Assembly (NCBI GenBank): GCA_038852105.1
Contig: JAWCKK010000006.1
Coordinates: 16,072-80,071, forward strand
Length of the DNA: 64,000 nucleotides
Direction of reading: 5' to 3'
Source of the DNA: Thermoplasmata archaeon
GTDB taxonomy: Archaea > Thermoplasmatota > Thermoplasmata > UBA10834 > DTMW01
In this document: in pieces, positions 7,562-17,312 of the stretch
How positions within the stretch are numbered: the stretch's first letter is position 1
Layout: each line of letters opens with the position of its first letter
Position numbers and translations under genes: made by a program
The notes under the pieces: generated by a model
What the model saw: only the letters and a program-made list of their open reading frames with translations
Told to the model about the DNA's origin: nothing
Databases searched by the model: none

Positions 7562-9568
7562 TCAGTCATCGCCTTCCGAGTTCTCACCGCCAGAGCGGCG
7601 CCTCGTTCTGACCGCCATGCCCCTCTTGAACGCGATCATCTCGTCCCTCGTCATCAACGCCCGGCCGTGCCCGACGAGCTCGTCATCTTTGGTCACTATC
7701 AGCACGCTGTCCCCGGGCCTAATCTCGTCATCGGCATCGAGCACGAACTTTGCGAACACGTTCGATCCTCTTTGTATGAAAGGAACCGAGTCGGGATCGA
7801 TGATCACTCGGTATCGAGGGAAAGGCAGCGCCTTATGTAGGAGCTTCGCTCCAGCATCTGTCAGGGAGAAAAAGCCGTCGGTCGCCCGAATTGAGAATGC
7901 ATGTTCGCCATCGACCATGACGTTTCTTATCCGGTTATTCGTCTTCGAGCGAACGTATTCCAATTTCGAATTCGCCAGCGCCGCGGAGGCGTTCTGGCCG
8001 AACTGCATTGAAAGCACGCCGAGCACTCGCGCGCGGTCGATGTCAAATCTGTCTTTGCGTGTCCTCATGCTGTTGACGAAGTCTATCGTCTCGTCCCCCT
8101 CGTAGAGCGCGGTGAGAGAGTATCTCTGCTCGTGCGAGAACCTTTCCAGGAGCTCGATGTTCTCCCGCCGTTCGGCCTCTTCCGCCTGCCCGGGAACGAA
8201 GAAATGGGATACGGGATAGATCTCATCCAGTTCTATCGGCACGGGGCCGATTGGCGACAGGACCATCAGATGAGCGCCGGTCTTCTCGAGCACGTGGGCG
8301 TAGGTCCTCGAATAAGGCTTGCCCGCCTCCGGGAGAGCGATCATCACGTCTATGTCGGGGTGCCTGTATCTCTCGAAGAATCGCTTCTGGTATCTGTAAA
8401 TCGCCGGCCTGTGGTAGCTCTCCTCCCCTGTGAACATGAGCGCGCCCTCTCTGCTCAAGGGCTCGAACCTCTCAAGATAGTCCAGATGCTTCCTCAGCGA
8501 TCTGAGCCCTTCCAATAGCTTCGGATGACTTCGGCAAATCTTCTCAGCCAGCTCCCAGATCGTGCCCTCCCTAATGGCCTGCTTTATCCGTCTTATCATC
8601 GACTGACACTCGAACAGGTTGTGCTCGGCGATCAGCCGTTCCCTGACCGTCACCTCGTACGATCTCAGCTCCTTCGGCGTATGCTTCGAGCACACGGGGC
8701 ACTGGCACCAGTGCCCCTCGAGCGACTTCAGGTCCGTCGTGCCTTCCGCGAACATCAATCGGCCGTCCCTGGCGTATTTCGCATAGGACGCCGAGTCGAA
8801 CATGTCGCATCCGAGAAGGGCCGCCAGCGGGAACGTCATCGGGTGGCCCGCGCCGAACAGATGCACGGGTCTGGACGGGTCGAGCCCCTTCTTCGATGCA
8901 ACGATGACGTCGACCAGCTCTGGAAATCTGTAGCCCTCCATGAGCGGTACTACCCCGCCTATCGGATGGACCTGGATGTCGAGCGAGGACATCTCGCGCG
9001 CGCACATGGTCCGCAAATCGGGGAACAATGATCCCTGGATCGGCCCGGACAGCCACATCTCGCCTCTCTCGGGCACGGAGAGCTTTGCGCGCTCGACCGT
9101 CGTCCGCACCGCGGCTTCCGCTTTCTCCCTGTTAAAGCCGGGCTCTGAAAAGACATCGAGGATTGTTCCTATGTCCGCACCGATGTCCCGCTGGAACGTC
9201 ACTATCTCCAGAGGGTCTATCTGGAGCTCCCCATAGACGTGCTCCTGGAAAGTCCCGCTGTCGGTCATAATAATTCCATCGAAGTCGAGGTATCGATGTA
9301 TGCCGTCGCGCAAGACCCTCTCCTTGATGTCCGCGTCTCGAGAGATTATGAACGAGTTCGTGATGATGCCAGAGAACCCGAATTCCTCCTGCAGCCGTCT
9401 GGGAGCGATGCTGGGCATCTTCGGATTGATGACCGGAAGCAGCGCGGGCGTCTCCATCTTCTTGCCGTGCAGCTCGAGCTCGCAGATCCTTGCGAGCCCG
9501 TCCCGTTCTTTCATCTCGAACACGTTCTCGGGCATCCGAATCCGAGAGTGCAGAAGACGTCCGGGCAT
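7562..9568 (-). CDS. tgtA: archaeosine tRNA-guanine(15) transglycosylase
   Basis: ETPALLPV, MTDSGTFQ, HLFGAG, DMFDSASY, Zn site CQCPVC..H, C-terminal PUA domain; true start probably ~9535. Confidence 0.95.
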   Translation of the reverse strand: MPGRLLHSRIRMPENVFEMKERDGLARICELELHGKKMETPALLPVINPKMPSIAPRRLQEEFGFSGIITNSFIISRDADIKERVLRDGIHRYLDFDGIIMTDSGTFQEHVYGELQIDPLEIVTFQRDIGADIGTILDVFSEPGFNREKAEAAVRTTVERAKLSVPERGEMWLSGPIQGSLFPDLRTMCAREMSSLDIQVHPIGGVVPLMEGYRFPELVDVIVASKKGLDPSRPVHLFGAGHPMTFPLAALLGCDMFDSASYAKYARDGRLMFAEGTTDLKSLEGHWCQCPVCSKHTPKELRSYEVTVRERLIAEHNLFECQSMIRRIKQAIREGTIWELAEKICRSHPKLLEGLRSLRKHLDYLERFEPLSREGALMFTGEESYHRPAIYRYQKRFFERYRHPDIDVMIALPEAGKPYSRTYAHVLEKTGAHLMVLSPIGPVPIELDEIYPVSHFFVPGQAEEAERRENIELLERFSHEQRYSLTALYEGDETIDFVNSMRTRKDRFDIDRARVLGVLSMQFGQNASAALANSKLEYVRSKTNNRIRNVMVDGEHAFSIRATDGFFSLTDAGAKLLHKALPFPRYRVIIDPDSVPFIQRGSNVFAKFVLDADDEIRPGDSVLIVTKDDELVGHGRALMTRDEMIAFKRGMAVRTRRRSGGENSEGDD

Positions 9569-9632
9569 TATAAAACATCATTCCATATCGGAAAGGCTTA
9601 ATTCACAATGAGCCATCAGCGGAGCGGATCAG

Positions 9633-10184
9633 ATGATAGATGTTCTGATAGGGATATTGGCGCTGCTCCTGATATTCTTCCTGCCAGGCTTCTTCCTCGT
9701 GCTCATCATTTTCCCCAAGCGCGGGCAGCTGAGCAGGGACTTCGACCTGCTTTTCAAGGCCGCCCTGGGGATAGCCCTCAGCATACTGATAAATGTCGTA
9801 GACGTCATAGTCCTCGACCAGCTGGGCTCGTCGATCGGGACGCCGATGATAACCTCGGTCGCGCTCTGGGTCTCGGTAGGTCTCATAACGATAGTCCTCG
9901 GCATCGTGTCGTGGTTCTTCGGCGGTCTCAAAGAGCTGGTTCTCTCCGTCGTGAGCAGGCAGCCGGCAGGTGCGGAATCAGCCGACGAGGAGCTCAGGAA
10001 GCTCGCGCATTCAAAGAGGAAGCTCCAGAAGAAGCTCGCGCTCCTCGAAAGTGAAGCGTATCAGTCCGATCCGGCGTTGAAGGAGGAGGCCAGCGTGAGG
10101 ATACCTGTCATCAGGCAGCAGATCGCCGACATCAACAAGAAGATAGACGAAATAACGGCAAAGAAAAAGGAGGAGGCGAAGTGA
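9633..10184 (+). CDS. DUF1616-like membrane protein with C-terminal coiled coil
   Basis: FFLPGFFLVLIIFP motif, three TM helices, charged helical tail. Confidence 0.6.
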   Translation: MIDVLIGILALLLIFFLPGFFLVLIIFPKRGQLSRDFDLLFKAALGIALSILINVVDVIVLDQLGSSIGTPMITSVALWVSVGLITIVLGIVSWFFGGLKELVLSVVSRQPAGAESADEELRKLAHSKRKLQKKLALLESEAYQSDPALKEEASVRIPVIRQQIADINKKIDEITAKKKEEAK

Positions 10185-10561
10185 CCGGGGGCAAGGGTGG
10201 CATGGATTTCGAATACAAGCTTGTCATAGTCGTTCGGAAGGATCTGAAGCTTTCCGCGGGCAAGATGGCGGCCCAGGTCGCTCACGCCGCGGTGTCCTGC
10301 GCGTTGAGCGCAAAAGCGAAGAAGCCGAGGCTGTTCAAAGAGTGGCTGTCCGAGGGGCAGAGGAAGATAGTCGTGAAAGCCGAGGATTTGAAAGAGCTTC
10401 TGGCCATCGAGAAAAAGGCAAGCTCGCAGGGGCTGATCGCGGAGAGAATAGTCGATGCAGGCCTGACGGAAGTCCCGCCGGGGACTGTGACTTGCGTGGG
10501 GATAGGTCCCGCGAAGGCAGACGAGGTCGACGAGGTGACCGGGCATCTGAAGCTCGCGTGA
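10181..10561 (+). CDS. pth2: peptidyl-tRNA hydrolase Pth2
   Basis: KLVIVVRKDLKLSAGKMAAQVAHA, DAGLTEV, GIGP. Confidence 0.95.
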   Translation: MTGGKGGMDFEYKLVIVVRKDLKLSAGKMAAQVAHAAVSCALSAKAKKPRLFKEWLSEGQRKIVVKAEDLKELLAIEKKASSQGLIAERIVDAGLTEVPPGTVTCVGIGPAKADEVDEVTGHLKLA

Positions 10562-10571
10562 GCTGGTTGAT

Positions 10572-11150
10572 TTGAAGAGCCAAATAAGAGTGTGCGGTAT
10601 AGACGACGCGCCGTTCGAGTTCGGGAAAAGGGGATCGAAGGCTACCGTCATAGGCGCCGTGGTCAGGGCGCCATCTTATCTCGAGGGCGTGCTCAGGTTC
10701 GAGGTCTCGGTCGATGGCGACGATTCGACCGACAATATCCAGAAGGCGATAGAGGAATCGAGATTCTTCGAGCAGCTGAGGGCCGTCATGATTGACGGGA
10801 TTGCCCTCGCCGGATTCAACATAATTGACGTCGAAGCCCTGAGCTCATCCCTCCGCATGCCCGTGATAACCGTTACCAGGGACAAACCTGACATGAAATC
10901 GATTCGAGCCGCGCTGAGGAAATACTTCGACGACGCGGAGACTCGCATCGAGAGGCTCTCAAGGCTCCCAGTCGTCGAGCTTAAGACCGCTCACAACCCC
11001 ATTTTCATAAGTTTCGCGGGTGCGGAGCTCGATGAGGCACGGGAGATAATCCGGACGACAACGATACGCGGCGTCATACCCGAGCCTATCAGGATGGCGC
11101 ACATCATAGCGAGCGGGCTGTCGCGCGGAGAATCTAGAGGAAAAGCTTGA
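10572..11150 (+). CDS. DUF99 / endonuclease V-like family protein
   Basis: GIDDAPF, VDGDDST, IDGIALAGFNIID, PEPIRMAHIIA. Confidence 0.85.
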   Translation: MKSQIRVCGIDDAPFEFGKRGSKATVIGAVVRAPSYLEGVLRFEVSVDGDDSTDNIQKAIEESRFFEQLRAVMIDGIALAGFNIIDVEALSSSLRMPVITVTRDKPDMKSIRAALRKYFDDAETRIERLSRLPVVELKTAHNPIFISFAGAELDEAREIIRTTTIRGVIPEPIRMAHIIASGLSRGESRGKA

Positions 11151-11210
11151 CCCCGCGGGGACCCGATTGCGGACCTCCTGGTGCCCGCATTTCACGCTCG
11201 CCGTCAATCA

Positions 11211-11224
11211 TATATGCTTAAATA
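11211..11224 (+). promoter_or_regulatory. putative TATA box of the rps12-rps7-fusA-tuf-rps10 operon
   Basis: TATATGCTTAAATA about 45-55 nt before the rps12 start; AGGTGATC SD downstream. Confidence 0.45.
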
Positions 11225-11268
11225 CGAGTGCGATTATCGAGGGACACCCGTATCTAAGGTGATCACTG

Positions 11269-11697
11269 TTGGCGAGAGGACTCAATTGTGCCCGGCAGCT
11301 CAAGAAGAAGCGCGCCAAGAGGCGCTGGAGCGACCGCAAGTACAAGAAGCGCATGCTGATGCTGAGGGAGAAGTCCGACCCCCTAGAAGGCTCAGCGCAG
11401 GCGAGGGGCATAGTCCTCGAAAAGGTCGGGATCGAAGCCAAGCAGCCGAACTCGGCGATAAGGAAGGCCGTCAAGGTGCAATTGATAAAGAACGGCAGGC
11501 AGATAACGGCATTCGCGGTCGGGGACGGGGCAATCAATTTCATCGATGAGCACGACGAGGTCCTCGTCGAGGGGATAGGCGGCAGGCTCGGCAGATCGTA
11601 CGGCGATCTGCCCGGCGTCCGATACAAGGTCATCAAGGTAAACAATATCTCACTGGACGAGCTTGTCAGAGGGCGCAAGGAGAAGCCCGTGAGGTGA
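11269..11697 (+). CDS. rps12: 30S ribosomal protein uS12
   Basis: [34 protein letters not shown]; TTG start. Confidence 0.98.
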   Translation: MARGLNCARQLKKKRAKRRWSDRKYKKRMLMLREKSDPLEGSAQARGIVLEKVGIEAKQPNSAIRKAVKVQLIKNGRQITAFAVGDGAINFIDEHDEVLVEGIGGRLGRSYGDLPGVRYKVIKVNNISLDELVRGRKEKPVR

Positions 11698-11702
11698 GAT
11701 GA

Positions 11703-12419
11703 GTGCCGGAAGAAGAGCAGACACCTAAGCAGGCTCCGGCACCGGAATCCCCGGAAGCCGCTCCTGTGGCAACCCCTGCGGAGGCTCCCGTGCAAGAGCC
11801 GCAGGCGGAGCCTGTACAGCAGGTCGCCGTGGCTCCTGAACCACCGCCGGTCATCACCGGGGTGAAGCTGTTCGGGAAGTACGAGTTCGAAGGGCTTGTC
11901 GTATCTGATATCGGGATGAAGAGATACATCGACCTCACGCCGATAAACGTGCCCCATTCCGGCGGGAAGCACGCCGTCCGCCAGTTCGCGAAGGCCCGGA
12001 TGAACATCGCCGAGAGACTCATCAATAACATGATGCGGACGGAGAAATGGACGGGGAAGAAACTGAAGGCCTACAAGGCGGTCGAAGGGGCTTTCGACAT
12101 CATTGCGCAGAAGACGAAGAAGAACCCGCTTCAGGTATTGATTGACGCATTACAGAACGCCGGTCCGCGCGAGGAGGTCACAAGACTCCAGTACGGCGGG
12201 ATATCGGTTCCTAAGGCTGTCGATGTCGCTCCATCGAGAAGGGTCGACCTCGCTCTCAGGAGCATATGTATGGGAGCGCTCGAGAAATCGCATGGCAGCA
12301 CGCAATCGATCTCCGAATGTCTCGCGAACGAGATAATGCTCGCGGCGAACAACGACATGAACAGCTTCGCGATTGCGAAGAGGGAAGAGATTGAGAGAGT
12401 TGCCGCGTCTGCTCGCTGA
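11703..12419 (+). CDS. rps7: 30S ribosomal protein uS7 with ~50-aa Pro/Ala/Glu-rich N-terminal extension
   Basis: [33 protein letters not shown]; GTG start. Confidence 0.97.
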   Translation: MPEEEQTPKQAPAPESPEAAPVATPAEAPVQEPQAEPVQQVAVAPEPPPVITGVKLFGKYEFEGLVVSDIGMKRYIDLTPINVPHSGGKHAVRQFAKARMNIAERLINNMMRTEKWTGKKLKAYKAVEGAFDIIAQKTKKNPLQVLIDALQNAGPREEVTRLQYGGISVPKAVDVAPSRRVDLALRSICMGALEKSHGSTQSISECLANEIMLAANNDMNSFAIAKREEIERVAASAR

Positions 12420-12460
12420 TTGTGACTACGATCTGATTCTCAACGTCTTGGTGATTTGAA

Positions 12461-14662
12461 ATGGGAAGAAAAGAGGACAACATAAAAAGAGCCCAGGCGC
12501 TTATGACGAAGCCTGAGTTCATACGCAACATCGGCACTGCCGCTCACATCGATCACGGGAAGACTACCCTATCGGACAATCTCATTGCGGGCGCGGGGAT
12601 GATGTCCGAGGAGCTCGCGGGCAAGCAGCTGCTCCTGGACTACGACGAGCAGGAGCAGGCGAGAGGTATCACCATCAACGCCGCGAGCGCTTCGATGGTC
12701 CACACGCACGGCGGCAAGGAGTACCTGATAAACCTCATAGACACGCCAGGGCACGTGGACTTCGGAGGAGACGTCACGCGGGCGATGAGGGCGATAGACG
12801 GAGTCATAATCGTATGCTGCGCCGTCGAGGGCGTGATGCCGCAGACCGAGACGGTCATCCGGCAGGCGATCAAGGAATACGTCCGGCCGATTCTTTTCAT
12901 AAACAAGGTCGACCGGCTGATAAACGAGCTGAAGCTCACCCCCGAGCAGATGCAGAAGAGGCTGACCGACATCATCAACGAGGTAAGCGATAAGATTCAG
13001 AAGCTACTGCCGCCCGAGCTGAAGCAGAAATGGGCGATAAAGGTGGACGACGGGTCGGTCGTCTTCGGATCTGCTTTCCACAACTGGGCGATAAGCGTCC
13101 CGTACATGAAGAAGAGCGGGATAAAGTTCGGGGACATCTACAAGTACCTCGCGGAAGGGAAGAGCAAGGAGCTCGCGAAGAAGGCCCCGCTGCACACCGT
13201 CCTATTAGACACCGTGATTGCGCATCATCCGAACCCGCTGCAGGCCCAAAAGATACGTATCCCGGTGATCTGGAAGGGGGACCTCAGCTCGGAGGTCGGA
13301 AAGGCGATGCTGAACTGCGACCCTAAGGGCCCCGTTGCGATGATGGTCACGAAGATAATAGTCGACCCGCAGGCGGGCGAGATTGCCGTCGGCAGGCTGT
13401 TCAGCGGCAGGATAACGAAGGGTATGGAGCTCCACGTCATCGGAATGCCGGAGCCGAACAGGATACAGAACATCTTCCTCATAGTCGGTGCCGACAGGAT
13501 ACCGGTCGAGGAGCTCGACGCGGGGAACGTCGTCGCCGTCCAGGGTCTTGAGGACGCCATCGCAGGTTCATCCGTCTCGTCCCTGAAAGATATGGACCCG
13601 TTCGAGCGTATGGTGCACTACACCGAACCTGTCGTGACGGTTGCTGTCGAGGCGAAGCACATGAAGGACCTCCCGAAGCTCGTCGAGGTCCTGAGGACGG
13701 TCGCGAAGGCGGACCCGTCGATAGAGGTCGAGATAAACCAGGAGACCGGCGAGCACCTCATGTCGGGCATGGGCGAGCTGCACCTGGAAATCACCGTCTA
13801 CAGGATAGTGCACGACCACAAGGTCGAGATCAAGACCTCGCCCCCGATCGTCGTCTATAGGGAATGCACCGCGAGGGCCGGAGGGCCGTTCGAAGGGAAG
13901 TCGCCGAACAAGCACAACAGGTTCTACATAATCGTCGAGCCGATGGAGAAGGCGGTCCTGGCAGCCCTGAAATCCGGGGAGATATCGGTCGAAGGGGCAA
14001 GGATAAAGGACAAGAAGGGGCTCGCGAAGAAGCTGGAAGAGCTGGGCATGCCCCGAGAGGAGGCAAAAGGGGTCGAGATGATTCACAACAACAACATCTT
14101 CATGGACGTCACGAAGGGCATCCAGTACCTGCACGAGACGATGGAGCTGTGCAAGGAGGCGTTCGTCGAGGCGATGGACAAAGGGCCTCTGGCGAACGAG
14201 AAGGTGATGGGCCTGAAGGTGAAGCTCGTGGACGCGAAGCTGCACGAGGACAGCATCCACCGCGGCCCGGCGCAGGTCATACCTGCAGTAAGAAACGCGA
14301 TTTACGGCGCGATGGTCCAGGGCGAGAGGATACTCCTCGAGCCGATACAGAAGGTGTTCATCAACGTCCCGCAGGACCTTATGGGGAATGCTCTCAGGGA
14401 GATCCAGCAGAGGAGAGGCGTCATCGAGGACATGACCTCCGAAGGGGACATGGCGATCATACGTGCGAAGGCTCCGGTGGCGGAGATGTTCGGGTTCGCT
14501 TCTGCGATAAGAGGAGCGACCTCGGGGCGCGCACTTTGGAACACGGAGAACGCAGGGTTTGAGGTCGTGCCGAAAGATGTTCAGGCGAAAGTGGTGCCCG
14601 AGATAAGGCAGCGGAAGGGGCTCAAGCCCGAGCCGTACGATGCCGCCTACTATGCGGATTAG
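12461..14662 (+). CDS. fusA: elongation factor EF-2
   Basis: [25 protein letters not shown]; diphthamide loop HEDSIHRG. Confidence 0.99.
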   Translation: MGRKEDNIKRAQALMTKPEFIRNIGTAAHIDHGKTTLSDNLIAGAGMMSEELAGKQLLLDYDEQEQARGITINAASASMVHTHGGKEYLINLIDTPGHVDFGGDVTRAMRAIDGVIIVCCAVEGVMPQTETVIRQAIKEYVRPILFINKVDRLINELKLTPEQMQKRLTDIINEVSDKIQKLLPPELKQKWAIKVDDGSVVFGSAFHNWAISVPYMKKSGIKFGDIYKYLAEGKSKELAKKAPLHTVLLDTVIAHHPNPLQAQKIRIPVIWKGDLSSEVGKAMLNCDPKGPVAMMVTKIIVDPQAGEIAVGRLFSGRITKGMELHVIGMPEPNRIQNIFLIVGADRIPVEELDAGNVVAVQGLEDAIAGSSVSSLKDMDPFERMVHYTEPVVTVAVEAKHMKDLPKLVEVLRTVAKADPSIEVEINQETGEHLMSGMGELHLEITVYRIVHDHKVEIKTSPPIVVYRECTARAGGPFEGKSPNKHNRFYIIVEPMEKAVLAALKSGEISVEGARIKDKKGLAKKLEELGMPREEAKGVEMIHNNNIFMDVTKGIQYLHETMELCKEAFVEAMDKGPLANEKVMGLKVKLVDAKLHEDSIHRGPAQVIPAVRNAIYGAMVQGERILLEPIQKVFINVPQDLMGNALREIQQRRGVIEDMTSEGDMAIIRAKAPVAEMFGFASAIRGATSGRALWNTENAGFEVVPKDVQAKVVPEIRQRKGLKPEPYDAAYYAD

Positions 14663-14694
14663 ACGCTGGAGCGGGCGTTCAGGAATCTACCATC

Positions 14695-14711
14695 AAAGAA
14701 ACCATAAAATA
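14695..14711 (+). promoter_or_regulatory. putative internal BRE/TATA promoter for tuf
   Basis: AAAGAAACCATAAAATA in the fusA-tuf gap, with a GGAGG SD before the ATG. Confidence 0.4.
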
Positions 14712-14754
14712 GGAAGAGCATTATGCTCGCAACATTAGCTGATGGAGGCCTAAT

Positions 14755-16026
14755 ATGGCAGAGAAACCACACATGAACCTTGTGTTCATCGGCCACGTCG
14801 ACCACGGCAAGTCTACGACCGTCGGTCGTCTGCTAGTGGACACGGGTCACATCGAGCAGTACGTGATTGACAAATACAAGAAGGAAGCCGAGCAGAAGGG
14901 AAAGGCTACTTTCGAGTTCGCTTGGGTTATGGACAACCTGAAGGAAGAGCGAGAGAGGGGTCTGACCATAGATGTCGCCCATAGGAAGTTCACCACGGAC
15001 AAATACTACTTCACGATAATCGACGCGCCCGGTCACAGGGACTTCGTCAAGAACATGATCACCGGGACGAGCCAGGCGGACGCGGCCGTGATAGTCGTTG
15101 ATGCGGTCAACGGTCCTCAGGCGCAGACGAAGGAGCACATCTTCCTCGCGAGAACCCTCGGGGTCAATCAGGTCATCGTAGAGATAAACAAGATGGATTC
15201 TGTGAACTACGACCAGAAGAAGTACGAGGCTGCGAAGACGGCTGTCGAGGCTCTTCTCAAGGCGGTAGGATACAAGCCCGAGGAGATACCGATCATCCCC
15301 GCTTCGGGATACGTCGGGGACAACGTGGCGAAAAGGAGCACGAACATGCCCTGGTACAAGGGCCCGACCCTGATCGAGGCTCTGAACAACCTCAAGACGC
15401 CGCCGAAGCTGACGGACAAGCCTCTCAGATGGCCAGTGCAGGATGTATACACCATCACCGGAGTCGGCACAGTGCCGGTCGGAAGGGTCGAGACCGGCGT
15501 GATGAAGCCTGACATGAAGATCATCTTCATGCCCGCGAACAAGGTCGGAGAGGTCAAGTCTATCGAGATGCACCACGAGGCGCTTCCCCAGGCGGTGCCC
15601 GGAGACAACGTCGGTGTGAACGTCCGAGGGCTGTCGAAGACGGACATCAAGAGGGGAGACGTCGCCGGACCGGTGGACAACCCGCCGACGGTCGCGAAGA
15701 GCTTCACGGCGCAGATAGTGGTCCTGAACCACCCGTCGGTCATAACCGTAGGATACACGCCTGTCTTCCACTGCCACACGGCCCAGGTCGCGTGCAGGTT
15801 CGATGCGCTTCTCAAGAAGGTCGACCCGAAGACCGGACAGACGCTCGAGGAGAACCCGCAGTTCCTGAAGACCGGGGACATCGCGGTCGTGAAGATAGTC
15901 CCGACGAGGCCGATGGTGATCGAGAAGGCCAAGGACTTCCCGCAGCTCGGAAGGTTCGCGGTGAGGGACATGGGCCAGACGGTCGCCGCGGGAACCGTGA
16001 TAGACATCGAGAAGAAAGAGATGTAA
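14755..16026 (+). CDS. tuf: elongation factor EF-1alpha
   Basis: [35 protein letters not shown]. Confidence 0.99.
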   Translation: MAEKPHMNLVFIGHVDHGKSTTVGRLLVDTGHIEQYVIDKYKKEAEQKGKATFEFAWVMDNLKEERERGLTIDVAHRKFTTDKYYFTIIDAPGHRDFVKNMITGTSQADAAVIVVDAVNGPQAQTKEHIFLARTLGVNQVIVEINKMDSVNYDQKKYEAAKTAVEALLKAVGYKPEEIPIIPASGYVGDNVAKRSTNMPWYKGPTLIEALNNLKTPPKLTDKPLRWPVQDVYTITGVGTVPVGRVETGVMKPDMKIIFMPANKVGEVKSIEMHHEALPQAVPGDNVGVNVRGLSKTDIKRGDVAGPVDNPPTVAKSFTAQIVVLNHPSVITVGYTPVFHCHTAQVACRFDALLKKVDPKTGQTLEENPQFLKTGDIAVVKIVPTRPMVIEKAKDFPQLGRFAVRDMGQTVAAGTVIDIEKKEM

Positions 16027-16031
16027 ACCCC

Positions 16032-16051
16032 TTAACTTTCCTTTCATTTTT
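16032..16051 (+). terminator. T-rich archaeal terminator candidate between tuf and rps10
   Basis: TTAACTTTCCTTTCATTTTT immediately after the tuf stop. Confidence 0.4.
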
Positions 16052-16065
16052 GAGGTGAACGCGCT

Positions 16066-16380
16066 TTGGTGTCACAGAGGGCTCGCATATCGCTGAGCGG
16101 GACGGACCCGACAAAGGTCGATCTCGTCTGCAAGCAGATCAAGCAGATCTCAGAGCGGACGGGGGTAGCGATGAGCGGGCCGATTCCTCTGCCGACCAAG
16201 CGGCTCATCGTACCTTGCAGGAAGTCGCCGGACGGCGAGGGCTCGGAGACCTGGGACAGGTGGGAGATGCGCGTCCACAAGAGGCTCATAGACTTGGACG
16301 CGGATGAGCGCGCCCTCAGGCAGCTGATGAGGATCCAGGTGCCCGACGGCGTGAACATCGAGATCGTTTTGAGATCGTGA
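16066..16380 (+). CDS. rps10: 30S ribosomal protein uS10
   Basis: [33 protein letters not shown]; TTG/GTG start. Confidence 0.98.
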   Translation: MVSQRARISLSGTDPTKVDLVCKQIKQISERTGVAMSGPIPLPTKRLIVPCRKSPDGEGSETWDRWEMRVHKRLIDLDADERALRQLMRIQVPDGVNIEIVLRS

Positions 16381-16435
16381 TTTCCCAACGGAAAACATAT
16401 TTATCGAGGCGCATCATCCGAATTCTCATCGGAGA

Positions 16436-16507
16436 GGGCCGATAGATCAGCGGAAGATCGCCTGCTTTGCAAGCAGGAGGTCATGGGTTCAAATCCCATT
16501 CGGTCCA
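16436..16507 (+). tRNA. tRNA-Ala(TGC)
   Basis: GGGCCGA/TCGGTCC acceptor with G3-U70, anticodon arm CCTGC-TTTGCAA-GCAGG, T-arm ATGGG-TTCAAAT-CCCAT. Confidence 0.96.
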
Positions 16508-16582
16508 CTCATTCTTGAAAGCCTTGTCTGCTCTATGAAATATTATCGGTTGAAAGAAAAACTCGGGAAATGGTCAATCTCA

Positions 16583-17311
16583 TTATGGTTTTGCCGGAGA
16601 CGCCCCGAGGACCTTTGCAACGAAATCTTTTCCTGATATGGAACCGGTTATTCTCCCATCGACAATGGTCATCACCGTATCAGCGATTTGGCCGATTCGC
16701 TGATCATGGGTCACAATCACTATCGTCTTGCCGAACTCATCCCTTAATTTCTTGAAAAGCAGGAGGATCTGGTGACCGGTCTCTGTATCGAGTTCTCCGG
16801 TAGGTTCGTCTGCGAGGATGATCGGAGGATCATTTGCGAGCGCAACCGCAAGCCCGACTCTCTGCTGCTCTCCCCCGGACATTTCGTCCGGCTTGTGACT
16901 CGCGCGCGATTCCATGCCGACGAGCTTTAGAAGTTCTTCCGTTCGTGTCTTTCTATACGATCTATCCCTGCCGGCGAGCCTCATCGGGAGCTCGATGTTC
17001 TCTCTTGCCGTCAAGGTGGGCACCAGATTGAAGAACTGGAACACGATGCCGACCTTCTCGCGCCTGTGTCTGACCAGTCCGTCAGAAGTAAGGTTGACGA
17101 GGCTCACGCCATCCACGACTACGCTCCCCGCCGTCGGCCGGTCCAATCCTCCGATGATGTTGAGGAGGGTCGTCTTCCCGCACCCCGAAGGACCCATTAT
17201 TGCCAGGATTTCTCCTTCTTTGATTGCGCAGTCAAGGCCGCGCAGAGCGATAACTTCCGATATTCCAGTCTTATAGACTTTGATCAGGTCCTTAATGACT
17301 ATGTCTCCCAT
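16583..17311 (-). CDS. ABC transporter ATP-binding protein (LolD/MacB-like)
   Basis: GPSGCGKT, MSGGEQQR, ILADEPTG, VTHD. Confidence 0.93.
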   Translation of the reverse strand: MGDIVIKDLIKVYKTGISEVIALRGLDCAIKEGEILAIMGPSGCGKTTLLNIIGGLDRPTAGSVVVDGVSLVNLTSDGLVRHRREKVGIVFQFFNLVPTLTARENIELPMRLAGRDRSYRKTRTEELLKLVGMESRASHKPDEMSGGEQQRVGLAVALANDPPIILADEPTGELDTETGHQILLLFKKLRDEFGKTIVIVTHDQRIGQIADTVMTIVDGRITGSISGKDFVAKVLGASPAKP

Positions 17312-17312
17312 T

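Noticed and set aside
11151-11160. Perfect palindrome CCCCGCGGGG after the DUF99 stop
   Set aside because: It is short and GC-only with no loop or U-tract, so it is likely chance in GC-rich DNA.
14833-16047. 404-aa antisense ORF over tuf, and similar long shadow ORFs over fusA, lonB, nrdJ and the peptidase
   Set aside because: These are expected from strong G/C third-position bias in highly conserved genes; they have no motifs and low-complexity translations.
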